Shown one piece after another: positions 19,030 to 28,569 of a DNA stretch of 64,000 bases (its first letter is position 1; every line of letters starts with the position of its first letter). The stretch spans positions 1 through 64,000 of the forward strand of contig OY760505.1 of the NCBI GenBank assembly GCA_963663545.1. Direction: 5' to 3'. The notes below the pieces were generated by a model. It saw only the letters and a list, made by a program, of their open reading frames with translations. It was not told the origin of the DNA and searched no databases. The position numbers and the translations under genes were made by a program. The stretch comes from Candidatus Delongbacteria bacterium. Its GTDB lineage: Bacteria; CAIWAD01.

Positions 19030-19866
19030 ATGAGCAGTGTTGTAGCACGCGTGATCCAACTATGTGGGCTGCTTTCCTTGATGTGGCTCGCTTCCTGTGC
19101 CAGCCGCGAAGAGGTGCTGGGTTTCCAGCAGGATCATCTGCGCATCCAGGAAGGACTGCAGGAGCAGCAGCACGCCCTGGCCCGCACTGACAGTTTGCTG
19201 CAGTTGCAGTTGGCCTACCTCAGCGAACGTGCCCACGAAAGCGAGTTGGTGTTACGCAGCCTCAAGGCCGATCAGTTGCAGACCGCAGAGGAGTTGCACA
19301 CTCTCATTGGCACCATTACAGCCTCGCTGGAAGACGCCAGCGTCTACAACCGCCGCCTGGCGCAGAAGGTAGACGAGCTCAACCTGATCCTGGCGCGGCA
19401 GGGATTGAGGCAGGAGCGCGACAGTCTGGCTGAAGATCCGGCCTGGCTTTACAATCAGGCGACCTTGGATCTTTATCGCGGCTTTCCCGAGTTGGCCCGT
19501 GCCGGCTTCCGTGAGTACCTGGCGCGTTTTCCCGAGGGAGAAGAGGCGGCCAACTGTCGTTACTGGATTGCCGACACCTGGATTAGTGAGCAGCAGGCCG
19601 ATTCGGCCCGTACTGTCCTGCGCGACTTCATTGCACAGTATCCGCAGCACAAGCGAAAACCCGCCGCACTCTTGCGCTTGGGACTGCTGGAAGCCGCTGC
19701 CGGGGAAGCCGACGCTGCCCATGAAACGCTGAATCTTGTGATACAGGAAGCTCCCGAAAGCGCCGAAGCGCGGCTGGCCCGGGAACGCCTGCTGGAGTGG
19801 CAGGAACAGACCGCAGCCGACGGCAACCAGGGAGAACACCCGACAACTAAGGAGCCCACACCATGA
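19030..19866 (+). CDS. cpoB: CpoB/YbgF-like TPR lipoprotein
   Basis: Lipobox LAS-C, coiled coil, TPR with YW and P..K.PAALL. Confidence 0.75.
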   Translation: MSSVVARVIQLCGLLSLMWLASCASREEVLGFQQDHLRIQEGLQEQQHALARTDSLLQLQLAYLSERAHESELVLRSLKADQLQTAEELHTLIGTITASLEDASVYNRRLAQKVDELNLILARQGLRQERDSLAEDPAWLYNQATLDLYRGFPELARAGFREYLARFPEGEEAANCRYWIADTWISEQQADSARTVLRDFIAQYPQHKRKPAALLRLGLLEAAAGEADAAHETLNLVIQEAPESAEARLARERLLEWQEQTAADGNQGEHPTTKEPTP

Positions 19867-20240
19867 GCGCACCACGTCACGGTCTGGATTATGTCGAGAT
19901 CACCTGCAAGGATCTGGAAGCCTGTCGCAGCTTCTACCAAGATGCCTTTGACTGGAAGTTCAGCGAGTTCGGCAGCGACTACCTGAGTTTCAACGATGGT
20001 CGTATGCGCGGCGGACTGGTTCGCGCCGAAGAAGCGAAACTTGGCGGTCCCCTGTTGGTGCTCTACAGCGACGATCTGCTCTTCTCGACACGCCGTGTGA
20101 TTGCGGCGGGCGGACGTATCACGCGGGATATCTTTGCGTTCCCGGGTGGATTCCGCTTTCACTTTAGCGATCCGGAAGGGCGCGAGCTGGCTGTGTGGTC
20201 GGATCAGGATCCCAGCGATAGCACGCCCATGCAACCCTGA
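19863..20240 (+). CDS. VOC/glyoxalase family protein
   Basis: DYVEI..FY..AFDW...FPGGFRFHFSDPEGRELAVWS. Confidence 0.9.
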   Translation: MSAPRHGLDYVEITCKDLEACRSFYQDAFDWKFSEFGSDYLSFNDGRMRGGLVRAEEAKLGGPLLVLYSDDLLFSTRRVIAAGGRITRDIFAFPGGFRFHFSDPEGRELAVWSDQDPSDSTPMQP

Positions 20241-20243
20241 GGG

Positions 20244-20522
20244 TTATTCCGTCTCGTCGTCAACATGAGGCGGATCGCTTGGAGCCTGTTCCAGACTATC
20301 GCGCAATTCTGCCAGCAGACGGCGAACATGGGCGGCGTGTTCCTCGGGCACGAAAAGCTCCCCCCACCCCTGCTGGGTTTGAAACATGCCGTCGAGGGCT
20401 GAATCGTGATAGCTGCGCAAGGCATAAGGAATCTGCTCTTCGTGCAGCAGGGCCTCGATGGCGCTTACTTCCACGTCGTCATTGAGGATATCCACCCGTG
20501 TGGCGTGGTCTTGGTTCTGCAT
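20244..20522 (-). CDS. DUF2007-like (putative signal-transducing) small protein
   Basis: LLHEEQIPY.LRSYHDSALDGMFQ...GWGELFVPEE. Confidence 0.7.
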   Translation of the reverse strand: MQNQDHATRVDILNDDVEVSAIEALLHEEQIPYALRSYHDSALDGMFQTQQGWGELFVPEEHAAHVRRLLAELRDSLEQAPSDPPHVDDETE

Positions 20523-20551
20523 GGAGTGCTCCCGTAATCTTGTCCGAGAAA

Positions 20552-20764
20552 ATGCTGATTCTGCTGGTATCAAGCACGCATCAAGCCCTGGCGGCTGAAG
20601 AAATTCTGCTGAACGCCGGTGTAGAGGTGCGATTGACTCCGGTTCCGCGAGCGATCGCCAGCGATTGCGGCATTTGCCTTCGTGTATCACAAGAGGAAGG
20701 CGAACGAGCAAAGGCGCTTCTGCGGGAGCGCAGTATTGAACTGGCCGGTACGCATCTGCTTTAG
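20552..20764 (+). CDS. DUF3343 family protein
   Basis: STHQAL.AE..L....RLTPVPRAIASDCGICL; start may be TTG 20540. Confidence 0.85.
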   Translation: MLILLVSSTHQALAAEEILLNAGVEVRLTPVPRAIASDCGICLRVSQEEGERAKALLRERSIELAGTHLL

Positions 20765-20793
20765 CTGGGTCCGGCCAGAACTGGAGAAAGATC

Positions 20794-21402
20794 ATGTTGC
20801 AGTTGGACCTGCGTGGACGTCCCTGTCCCGAACCCGTTCTTGAAGTCCGCAAAGCGCTGATGGAGCACAGCGAGCTGGAAGTCCTGCTCGACAGCACTAC
20901 CAGTGTGGCCAATGTGTCACGGCTTGCCCGCAGCAGTGCTTGCAGCATCGAGGAAGTGGAACGGGGTGATCACAGCCTGCTGATCCTGCGTCGCGAGGAC
21001 AAGGCGGAGGCGCAGTCGACGCCTTCCGTAACTGAGACGCGTGAAGCGGACGCCGCGGTGCAACAGGGCCCGCATGTGTTGGTGCTGTCTGCAGACACCA
21101 TGGGGCGCGGAGACGACGAACTGGGGCATGTTCTGATGCGTGCTTTCGTCTCTACGCTGCGCGAATTCGACCCGCTGCCAGCGCGCATCATTCTATACAA
21201 CTCAGCCGTCAAGCTGGCGGTGCAGGATTCAGCCGCGCTGAAGGATCTTCAGGAGCTCGTCGAGCGAGGTGTTGATCTGCTGGCCTGTGGCACCTGCTTG
21301 AAGCATTTCGCGCTGACAGAACAGTTGGCGGTGGGCCGCGTCTCCAATATGTACGAGATCGCGGGCGAGCTGATCGGCGCTGCCCGGCTTAGCTCTCTCT
21401 AG
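20794..21402 (+). CDS. yedF: Sulfurtransferase-like selenium metabolism protein YedF (SirA + DsrE domains)
   Basis: LDLRGRPCPEPV, MGRGDDELG..LM, YNSAVKL, ACGTCL, VSNMYEI. Confidence 0.88.
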   Translation: MLQLDLRGRPCPEPVLEVRKALMEHSELEVLLDSTTSVANVSRLARSSACSIEEVERGDHSLLILRREDKAEAQSTPSVTETREADAAVQQGPHVLVLSADTMGRGDDELGHVLMRAFVSTLREFDPLPARIILYNSAVKLAVQDSAALKDLQELVERGVDLLACGTCLKHFALTEQLAVGRVSNMYEIAGELIGAARLSSL

Positions 21403-21467
21403 CCACTCTTTTCTACCTTATACGGTTTGCAGCCGCCACAGAGCGTGGCAAGCACCCTCATGAGGAT

Positions 21468-24287
21468 ATGATGAAGCAATTCACTTTGTACAACCGGATC
21501 ACGGCCGCAGCGATCTTTTTGATTGCCTTCGTGCTGTACCTCTTGACCATGTCGCCCACGGTGAGCTTCTGGGACTGCGGCGAGTTCATTGCGGCCAGTC
21601 GCAGCCTCAGTGTTCCGCATCCGCCCGGAGCGCCCTTCTTTCTGCTGGTAGGCCGGTTGTTTACCCTGTTTCCCTTCATCGCCGACATGGGCGCACGCGT
21701 CAACCTCCTGAGTGTGGTCACCAGCGCTTTGACTGTGGCCCTACTCTATCTGACCGTGATCCATCTCATTCGCCAATGGAAGCCCATTGAGAAAATGGGT
21801 CTGGTGGAAATCCTGGGCGCGGCGGTGGGCGCTCTTGTTTTTATGGCCAGTGACAGCTTCTGGTTCAATGCCGTCGAAGCCGAGGTCTACGCCATTTCAA
21901 TGCTCTTTACCGCGCTGGTGGTCTGGCTGGCCTTTGTCTGGCAAGATTTCGAAGCTCGCGGCCACCACGACGGGGATCGCATTTTTCTGCTGATCTTCTA
22001 CATCATCGGTCTGGCGATTGGCGTGCATCTGCTCAATGTGCTGGCGCTGCCGATGGTCTTCATGGTCATCTGGTTCCATCGCAGCCAGAGTCCCACCAAG
22101 AACATGAACCGCTTCCTGTTGATCTGGGGCGCCTGCGTGCTCTCGATTCTGCCCATCTATCCCGGCGTTGTGCTCTGGTTGCCCAAGCTGGTCGCCGCGG
22201 GTGGAAGTTCGGGTGACATTCTGTTGCTGGCCCTTCTGCTGGGTCTGGTGGGTGTGTTTATCTATGGACTGCGCAAAGGCAACCGCACCCTAAGCTTAGC
22301 TTCCGCGGCTATGCTGCTGGTGCTGCTGGGCTATCTGAGCTACATCCTCATCCTGGTGCGCAGCGGGCTCAATCCTCCGCTGGACGAGAACGATCCCCAG
22401 ACCATCAAAGGCCTCATCGCTTATCTGAGTCGCGAGCAATACGGCAGCGAATCCATTACAGATCAACTCCTCAAGCGCAAAGCGCCCTTCTGGTCTTATC
22501 AGATCCAGTACATGTACTTGCGCTATCTGGGCTGGCAGTTCATCGGTCATGACGCACTCACTGGCGCGGTCAAAGTGGCTCAGCTCTGGGGACTGCCGAT
22601 GCTGGTCGGTTTGTGGGGCGTTGTGCACCATTTCAACCGCGACTGGAAGCGCGCCTTTACGCTGACCAATCTCTTTCTGCTGACAGGTCTGGCCATTGTC
22701 GTCTACTTGAACCAGAACGATCCTCAGCCCCGCGAGCGCGACTACAGCTATGTGGGCAGCTTCTATGCCTTCGCGCTCTGGATCGGAGTTGGCGCCGCCG
22801 CCCTGCTTGAGGATTTGAGCCGCGTGGTGGGCAAGTACCGGCGCTTCCTGGTTCCTGCTGCCGCTGTGATTCTGCTACTGGCCTTGCCCGTGCGCATGGT
22901 CTACGCCAACTACTTCACCCATGATCGCTCGGGCAATTACGTAGCCTGGGATTACGCCCGCAACAGCTTAGCCATGCTGGAGCCCAACGCCATCCTCTTC
23001 ACCAACGGCGACAACGACACCTTTCCGTTGTGGTACATGCAGATCGTCGAAGGCTTCCGCACCGATGTACGCGTTGTCAACCTGAGCCTGCTGAATACAG
23101 GCTGGTACGCGCGTCAATTGCGAGATGCCGAGCCCACGGTGCCTCTGCCCTCGGATTTCACCAACGATGATTTCATCGCCCAGGCGCTGGATGGAACCGA
23201 CCGCGTGGCCTTTGCCTGGCGCTATTGGGGACCGGAAAGCTGGCGCGATCGCGACGGCAAGCCCCTGCCGCGAGAGAACTGGTACAAGGTGCCCTTTGCG
23301 GACGCGGACGGCAATCGCTACTCGGTTACGGTGGAGCCGACGGTGTTCATCAACCTGGGAGATGGCGGCAATGGCAACAACTTCCTGCGCGTGCAGGATC
23401 GCATGATCCTGGAGATCCTGCGGGCCAACAAGTGGCAGCGTCCCATTTACTTCGCCGTGACCGTGGCGCAGAACAGCTTCGTCGGCTTCCGGTCGAACCT
23501 GCGCATGGACGGCCTGGCCTATCGTGTCATGGATCGCCCGCAGCGCCAGCAGATCGCGGATCAGGTGCTGGACGAAAATCTGAGCCTCTTTGAGCAGAAC
23601 ATGCGCGGGCTCGATGATGCCTCCGTCTACTTCGACGACAACATTCAGAAGCTGGTGCAGAACTACCGCAGTGCCTATGTGCAGCTGGCCCTCGAACGCA
23701 ACGACCGAGGCGACAAGGCGGGAGCGCTGGACCTGCTGCAGCGCATGGACAAGTACCTGCCCGAGAGTGTGGTCCCCCCCTTCAACTTGCAGCTCAGCTT
23801 GCAACTTGGCGCGCTCTTCTATCGCCTGGGTGATGAGGACGCTTTGCGCAGCCGGCTTGAGGCGGCGCCTTCTTATGAGGGCGGTTTGAGTCTGGACGAT
23901 CGCTTCATGCTGGCCAGCACCTGGTTGGATCCCATGAAGGATCTGGACCGTGCCCTGCAGATTCTGGAGCCGCTAGCCCGCATGGAGCCCGGTGGACAAA
24001 TGGCCTTCGACGTGGCCCTGACGCTGGATCAGGCCGGATACACCGACCAGGCCATTGCGCGCTACAAGGCTGTGCTCAGCGAAAATCCGGAATTCCAGAA
24101 CGCGGTGGCAGCCTTGGTGCGTTCCTACGAGAGCCAGAACCAGTACGCTGAAGCCGTCGTGGTTTTGGAAGACTGGCTGAAGAGGCATCCTGAAGATCCG
24201 ACCGCTCAGCGCCGTTTGGAAAACTATCGCGAACGCGCCCGTGCAGCGGAGGTGGAAGCCGGGGAGGCTGCAGGCAGCGGTGAGTGA
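21468..24287 (+). CDS. DUF2723 (TMEM260-like) GT-C membrane protein with C-terminal TPRs
   Basis: SFWDCGEFI..VPHPPGAP, AVEAEVY, QPRERDY, FTNGDNDTFPLWY, RTDVRVVNLSLL. Confidence 0.9.
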   Translation: MMKQFTLYNRITAAAIFLIAFVLYLLTMSPTVSFWDCGEFIAASRSLSVPHPPGAPFFLLVGRLFTLFPFIADMGARVNLLSVVTSALTVALLYLTVIHLIRQWKPIEKMGLVEILGAAVGALVFMASDSFWFNAVEAEVYAISMLFTALVVWLAFVWQDFEARGHHDGDRIFLLIFYIIGLAIGVHLLNVLALPMVFMVIWFHRSQSPTKNMNRFLLIWGACVLSILPIYPGVVLWLPKLVAAGGSSGDILLLALLLGLVGVFIYGLRKGNRTLSLASAAMLLVLLGYLSYILILVRSGLNPPLDENDPQTIKGLIAYLSREQYGSESITDQLLKRKAPFWSYQIQYMYLRYLGWQFIGHDALTGAVKVAQLWGLPMLVGLWGVVHHFNRDWKRAFTLTNLFLLTGLAIVVYLNQNDPQPRERDYSYVGSFYAFALWIGVGAAALLEDLSRVVGKYRRFLVPAAAVILLLALPVRMVYANYFTHDRSGNYVAWDYARNSLAMLEPNAILFTNGDNDTFPLWYMQIVEGFRTDVRVVNLSLLNTGWYARQLRDAEPTVPLPSDFTNDDFIAQALDGTDRVAFAWRYWGPESWRDRDGKPLPRENWYKVPFADADGNRYSVTVEPTVFINLGDGGNGNNFLRVQDRMILEILRANKWQRPIYFAVTVAQNSFVGFRSNLRMDGLAYRVMDRPQRQQIADQVLDENLSLFEQNMRGLDDASVYFDDNIQKLVQNYRSAYVQLALERNDRGDKAGALDLLQRMDKYLPESVVPPFNLQLSLQLGALFYRLGDEDALRSRLEAAPSYEGGLSLDDRFMLASTWLDPMKDLDRALQILEPLARMEPGGQMAFDVALTLDQAGYTDQAIARYKAVLSENPEFQNAVAALVRSYESQNQYAEAVVVLEDWLKRHPEDPTAQRRLENYRERARAAEVEAGEAAGSGE

Positions 24288-25446
24288 TGCGGCCCTTACG
24301 ATGTCGCTCCTGAACGGGGAGCAGGTTCTTCCCGCCTGGTCCGCGCGTTCTGCCGAGGCTGCGGGGGTAATGGTTGTCATTCCCCACTGCGGCGGAATGC
24401 AGATCCTGGATGCCTGTCTGCGCAGTCTGGCGCAAAGTCGGCATCCTATGCGCGTGCTGCTGGTGGACAATGCTTCGCCCGACGAGAGCGTGCAGATGCT
24501 GCAGCGCCGTTTTCCCTGGGTGGAACTCGCTGAGCAGAAGCACAACCTGGGCTTCGCCGGTGGCTGCAACGCTGGTTTGCGTCTGGCGCTTCAGGAGAGA
24601 GACTGCCGCTGGGCGCTGCTGCTGAACAACGACACCACCGTAGAGGCCGATTGGCTGGACGAACTGCTCAAGGTGGGCGAGAGCCGCGAAGACATTGCCG
24701 CTGTGCAGCCGCTGTTGCTTTCCATTCCCAATCCGGGCATGCTGGATTACAGCGGTGCCGCCGGTGGACAACTGGACGTCTGTGCTTTTCCCTTTGCGCT
24801 GGGACGTATTGCCGATCGCATCGAGGAGGACAGCGGTTTCTACCACGAACCACGGGCCTTGGCCTGGGCTTCGGGCACTGCCTGTCTACTGCGCTGTGAT
24901 GCCCTGCGCGAATCCGGACTACTGGAAGAGAGCTTCTTCATGCACATGGAGGAGATCGATCTGGACTGGCGACTGCGTCTGTTGGGCTGGCACCTGCTGT
25001 CGGCGCCTGCCGCGCGCGTGTATCACCACAGTGGTTACAGTCTGGGCGCCGGCCGACCGCTGAAGGTCTTTCTAAATCACCGCAACAGCCTGCGTATGCT
25101 TGTGCGCAACGCGGCTTGTGTCACGCTGTGGCGCCGTCTTCCGCAGAGACTGCTGCTCGATCTGCTGGCCATTGTTCATTATACCCTCAAAGGTCGTCCG
25201 GATCATAGCCTGGCGGCGCTGAAAGGGCTAGGGTCCTTTCTGGTGGGACTTCCCGCCACTTTGCGTGAGCGTCGACAGATTCAGCAAGGTCGTCGTGTGG
25301 CCGAGGCGGAGATCCAAGGACAGCACTATCCGGGTTCCATTGCACTGGCGGCCTTTGTGCATGGTGCGAAGACGTGTTCCGACTTGAACTGGCAGCCCCC
25401 GCTTGCAGGAGAGCTGCCCCACTTCAGGAGAGGCAATGAGCGCTGA
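24280..25446 (+). CDS. Glycosyltransferase family 2
   Basis: VDNAS, NLGFAGGCN, LLNNDT, FMHMEEIDL. Confidence 0.9.
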   Translation: MSDAALTMSLLNGEQVLPAWSARSAEAAGVMVVIPHCGGMQILDACLRSLAQSRHPMRVLLVDNASPDESVQMLQRRFPWVELAEQKHNLGFAGGCNAGLRLALQERDCRWALLLNNDTTVEADWLDELLKVGESREDIAAVQPLLLSIPNPGMLDYSGAAGGQLDVCAFPFALGRIADRIEEDSGFYHEPRALAWASGTACLLRCDALRESGLLEESFFMHMEEIDLDWRLRLLGWHLLSAPAARVYHHSGYSLGAGRPLKVFLNHRNSLRMLVRNAACVTLWRRLPQRLLLDLLAIVHYTLKGRPDHSLAALKGLGSFLVGLPATLRERRQIQQGRRVAEAEIQGQHYPGSIALAAFVHGAKTCSDLNWQPPLAGELPHFRRGNER

Positions 25447-26200
25447 GATCCGCTTGAGCGTCGTGATTCCGGCCTACAACGAAGAGCAGCGTATCGCTCC
25501 CAGTCTGCGCAAGGCCGTGGAAGTGCTGGCGCGCCTGGTGCCTGAATTCGAGGTGCTGGTGGTGGATGACGGCTCACGGGACAGAACAGTGGACGTCGCT
25601 CGTGCTGCGGTAGAAGAAAGTGCCGGGGGTGCGGGGCGTTTTCGTGCTTTGATCAACGAGAAGAATTTGGGCAAAGGCGGCGCGGTGCGGCGCGGTATGT
25701 TGGACGCACGTGGCCATTACGTGCTGTTTTGTGATGCGGACGAGAGCACGCCCATGAGTAGCATCGAACGCTTTCTGCCCGAGATGGACGCCGACAAGCC
25801 TGTTGTCATCGGCACGCGCAAGAATCAAGACGCGCACATTGCCCGGCATCAACCCTGGTTGCGCGAAACCATGGGCAAGGGCTTCACCTGGCTAGCCAAA
25901 TGCCTCATTGGTGTACAGGTGAGCGATTTTACCTGCGGCTTCAAGGTCTTCCGCCGTGATGCAGCCCAGGCCATCTTCAGTCGCCAGACGCTGGCCGACT
26001 GGAGCTTTGACGCGGAGATCCTCTTTCTGGCCGGTCACCTGGGCTATGCCATTTGCGAAGTTCCCGTGACCTGGACCAACGACGAAGATACACGCGTGCG
26101 TCTTTTGCGTGATACATGGGACAGCTTGCTGGGGCTGCTGACGATTCGTCGCAAGAAGTTGCGCGGTGAGTACGGCGAAGCCCGGACCGGAGGTGCGTGA
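25436..26200 (+). CDS. Polyprenyl-phosphate glycosyltransferase (dolichyl-P-glucose synthase-like GT2)
   Basis: VIPAYNEE, VDDGSRD, GKGGAVRRGM, FCDAD, DFTCGFK, WSFDAE. Confidence 0.88.
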   Translation: MSAEIRLSVVIPAYNEEQRIAPSLRKAVEVLARLVPEFEVLVVDDGSRDRTVDVARAAVEESAGGAGRFRALINEKNLGKGGAVRRGMLDARGHYVLFCDADESTPMSSIERFLPEMDADKPVVIGTRKNQDAHIARHQPWLRETMGKGFTWLAKCLIGVQVSDFTCGFKVFRRDAAQAIFSRQTLADWSFDAEILFLAGHLGYAICEVPVTWTNDEDTRVRLLRDTWDSLLGLLTIRRKKLRGEYGEARTGGA

Positions 26201-28569
26201 TGCAGGAGACTCTGACACAGCAAGCCGGGAAAACAGCAGCGGAGCCTGGTACGTCGTCCCGGGAGTGGGCCTTGTGGCGGGTCACAATTCTCGGACGCCG
26301 TCTGCGCGTCGATCTGCTGCTGGTCCTTGTGCTGTTGCTGGCGGCTGGTGTACGCCTCTTTGCACTGAACTGGGGCTGGACGGATTTTTCGCCCCTGCCC
26401 GCGCAAGAGCGTCCCGCGCAGACCTTCAACAATTTCCATCCGGATGAGGCCAGCAACCTGCGTGTAGCACGCAATATGTACACCAGCGGCAACTGGCGTC
26501 CCACGGGCGAGCTCTACGGCCAAACCTTCGATTACAGTCTCTACGGCGCGGCGCCCATTTATCTGCACATTGCGGCCACTTGGGTCAGCAGCCTCTTTGG
26601 CGATTTCACGCCCTTCGACCTGGATGACGAATACAGCGAGATGCGCAGCTACGTGGCTGTGCGCTGGCTGACCGCACTGCTGGGGCTGGCTTGTGTTCCC
26701 CTCGTCTACTGGGCGGCACTTCTTTTGTATGGACGACGTGCGGCCCTGCTGGCGGCGTTGTTGCTGGCTTTTTCGGCCTTTCACGCTCAGAGCGGGCGCT
26801 TTGGCACCGTGGACATTCCGATGGTGTTTTTCTCCTGCTGGAGTTTTGCCCACAGCGCGCGTTATCTGCGCTACGGCAAATGGCGCGACATTCTGCTGGC
26901 TGCCCTTGCGGCGGGATTGGCGCTGGCCTCCAAGATCAACTCCCTGTTGATCGTTGTTCCCATCATCGCGGCGGAATTGATGCGCGGAGCCGAAGTGCTA
27001 CATGTGCAACAAGGTGATACAAAACGCTGGTGGTTGACCGCTGGCTGGCTGCGCTACTTGTTTTCGCTACGCCTCGTTAGCGCTGGAGTGCTGACGATTG
27101 CCGTGTTCCTGATCCTCAATCCCTATGTCTTTCTGGACTTCCACAACTACCTCTATGGCAACCAGGCCTTCGGCCTGATGGACAATGTGCGCAACGTGCG
27201 TGGCGAATTCTTCAAGACCTTCCAGATCCAGTTCGAGCAGATCAACCCGTGGAGCTTCCTCGTGACGAAGGTACTGCCCTGGGCCTGTGGTCTGCCGCAG
27301 ATGTTGTTGGCAGGACTGGGACTGCTGTTTATGCTGTGGCGTCGTAAGCGCGCCGATCTGTTGCTGCTGGCCTGGCTGCTACCCATGTTAGCGATGACGG
27401 GCAATGCGCAGGTCATGTACATGCGCTACGCACTTCCGCTGTTACCGCCCATTGCGCTGGCGTCTTCCATTCTGTTGGATGGCCTGATGGATGGACGCTG
27501 GCTGGAGCCAGGATCGGGAAGGACACTCGTTCGTGTATCACGCAGTGTTGGAGTTGTGCTGACGCTGGTCGCGGTGATACTAAGCGGAGCCTGGACCTGC
27601 GCGCTGGCCTCCGTGCACCGCGTCGAAGACAGCCGGATCAGCGCCGGTCGCTATCTGGCAGAAGTACTCCCCGACGGCGTCGGCCTCTTGCACGAGCGCA
27701 GCGCTAACAGCATCAAGCCCGTGATCCACATGCCGCGCTACAACAACGTGTGCCTGGAAGGTCCCACGGTGATACACGCCACGGGCAATCTGGCCGCCGA
27801 TCAGCTCGACTACCTGGCCGGTCGTTTGGATCAGGTACAGTGGGCGGCCATTCTCGAGAGCAACCGCAAGCTTGGATTCGAGCGAAGCGGGCGTTATCCG
27901 GGTCCTGAACTCTTTTACCGCGACCTTTTCGCGGGCAAGCTGGGCTTTGTCGTCGACACCGTTTTTCAGACACTGCCGCGCATTGCCGGTATGGCCATCG
28001 ACGATCGTCCGGCGGAGTTCAGCCTGCGCTACTACGATCATGATGCGATCTATGTCTTTCGTCGCACAGAGCCGACTCGGCTGTGGGAGCAGGTGAAGTT
28101 GCTGAAGGAGGAGTTACGCGGTCTTGAGCGCGCCCCCGACTTCTACGCTGCACGCGCGCAGAGCGCGCTCGCTGCCGGCAATCTGCAGCAGGCACGGGAC
28201 CTGGCCGCGCAGGGTCTGCAGTGGGGACAGCAAACCATGGTGCCCGGAGAGCGTGCGCCACGCGGGGCTGCCGAATTCTATGGCCTTCTGGGCCAGGTCT
28301 TTGCTTTGAGTGCGGGACGGCAACTGGAAGCGGGGCAAGGGGCTCAAGTGCAGCAAAGCCTGCAGCAGGCGCAACAGTTTTTGCAGCAAGCTCTGCAGCT
28401 AGACGCACTCAAGCCCGGAAGTCGCGCCGCTGACCTGGGCTTCATGTTCCTGCAGTTTGGTCAGCGCGAAGCTGCTCTGGCGCTGCTCCAACAGGCACGC
28501 GGTGCCGCCCTTTCCGATCCGGCTTTGGATGAGCTGCAAGTGCAGCTTAGCCTGGAGATGCAACCATGA
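26200..28569 (+). CDS. GT-C (ArnT/PMT-like, family 39) membrane glycosyltransferase with TPR-like tail
   Basis: FHPDE, many TM helices, FGTVD, LASK, MRYALP. Confidence 0.8.
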   Translation: MQETLTQQAGKTAAEPGTSSREWALWRVTILGRRLRVDLLLVLVLLLAAGVRLFALNWGWTDFSPLPAQERPAQTFNNFHPDEASNLRVARNMYTSGNWRPTGELYGQTFDYSLYGAAPIYLHIAATWVSSLFGDFTPFDLDDEYSEMRSYVAVRWLTALLGLACVPLVYWAALLLYGRRAALLAALLLAFSAFHAQSGRFGTVDIPMVFFSCWSFAHSARYLRYGKWRDILLAALAAGLALASKINSLLIVVPIIAAELMRGAEVLHVQQGDTKRWWLTAGWLRYLFSLRLVSAGVLTIAVFLILNPYVFLDFHNYLYGNQAFGLMDNVRNVRGEFFKTFQIQFEQINPWSFLVTKVLPWACGLPQMLLAGLGLLFMLWRRKRADLLLLAWLLPMLAMTGNAQVMYMRYALPLLPPIALASSILLDGLMDGRWLEPGSGRTLVRVSRSVGVVLTLVAVILSGAWTCALASVHRVEDSRISAGRYLAEVLPDGVGLLHERSANSIKPVIHMPRYNNVCLEGPTVIHATGNLAADQLDYLAGRLDQVQWAAILESNRKLGFERSGRYPGPELFYRDLFAGKLGFVVDTVFQTLPRIAGMAIDDRPAEFSLRYYDHDAIYVFRRTEPTRLWEQVKLLKEELRGLERAPDFYAARAQSALAAGNLQQARDLAAQGLQWGQQTMVPGERAPRGAAEFYGLLGQVFALSAGRQLEAGQGAQVQQSLQQAQQFLQQALQLDALKPGSRAADLGFMFLQFGQREAALALLQQARGAALSDPALDELQVQLSLEMQP

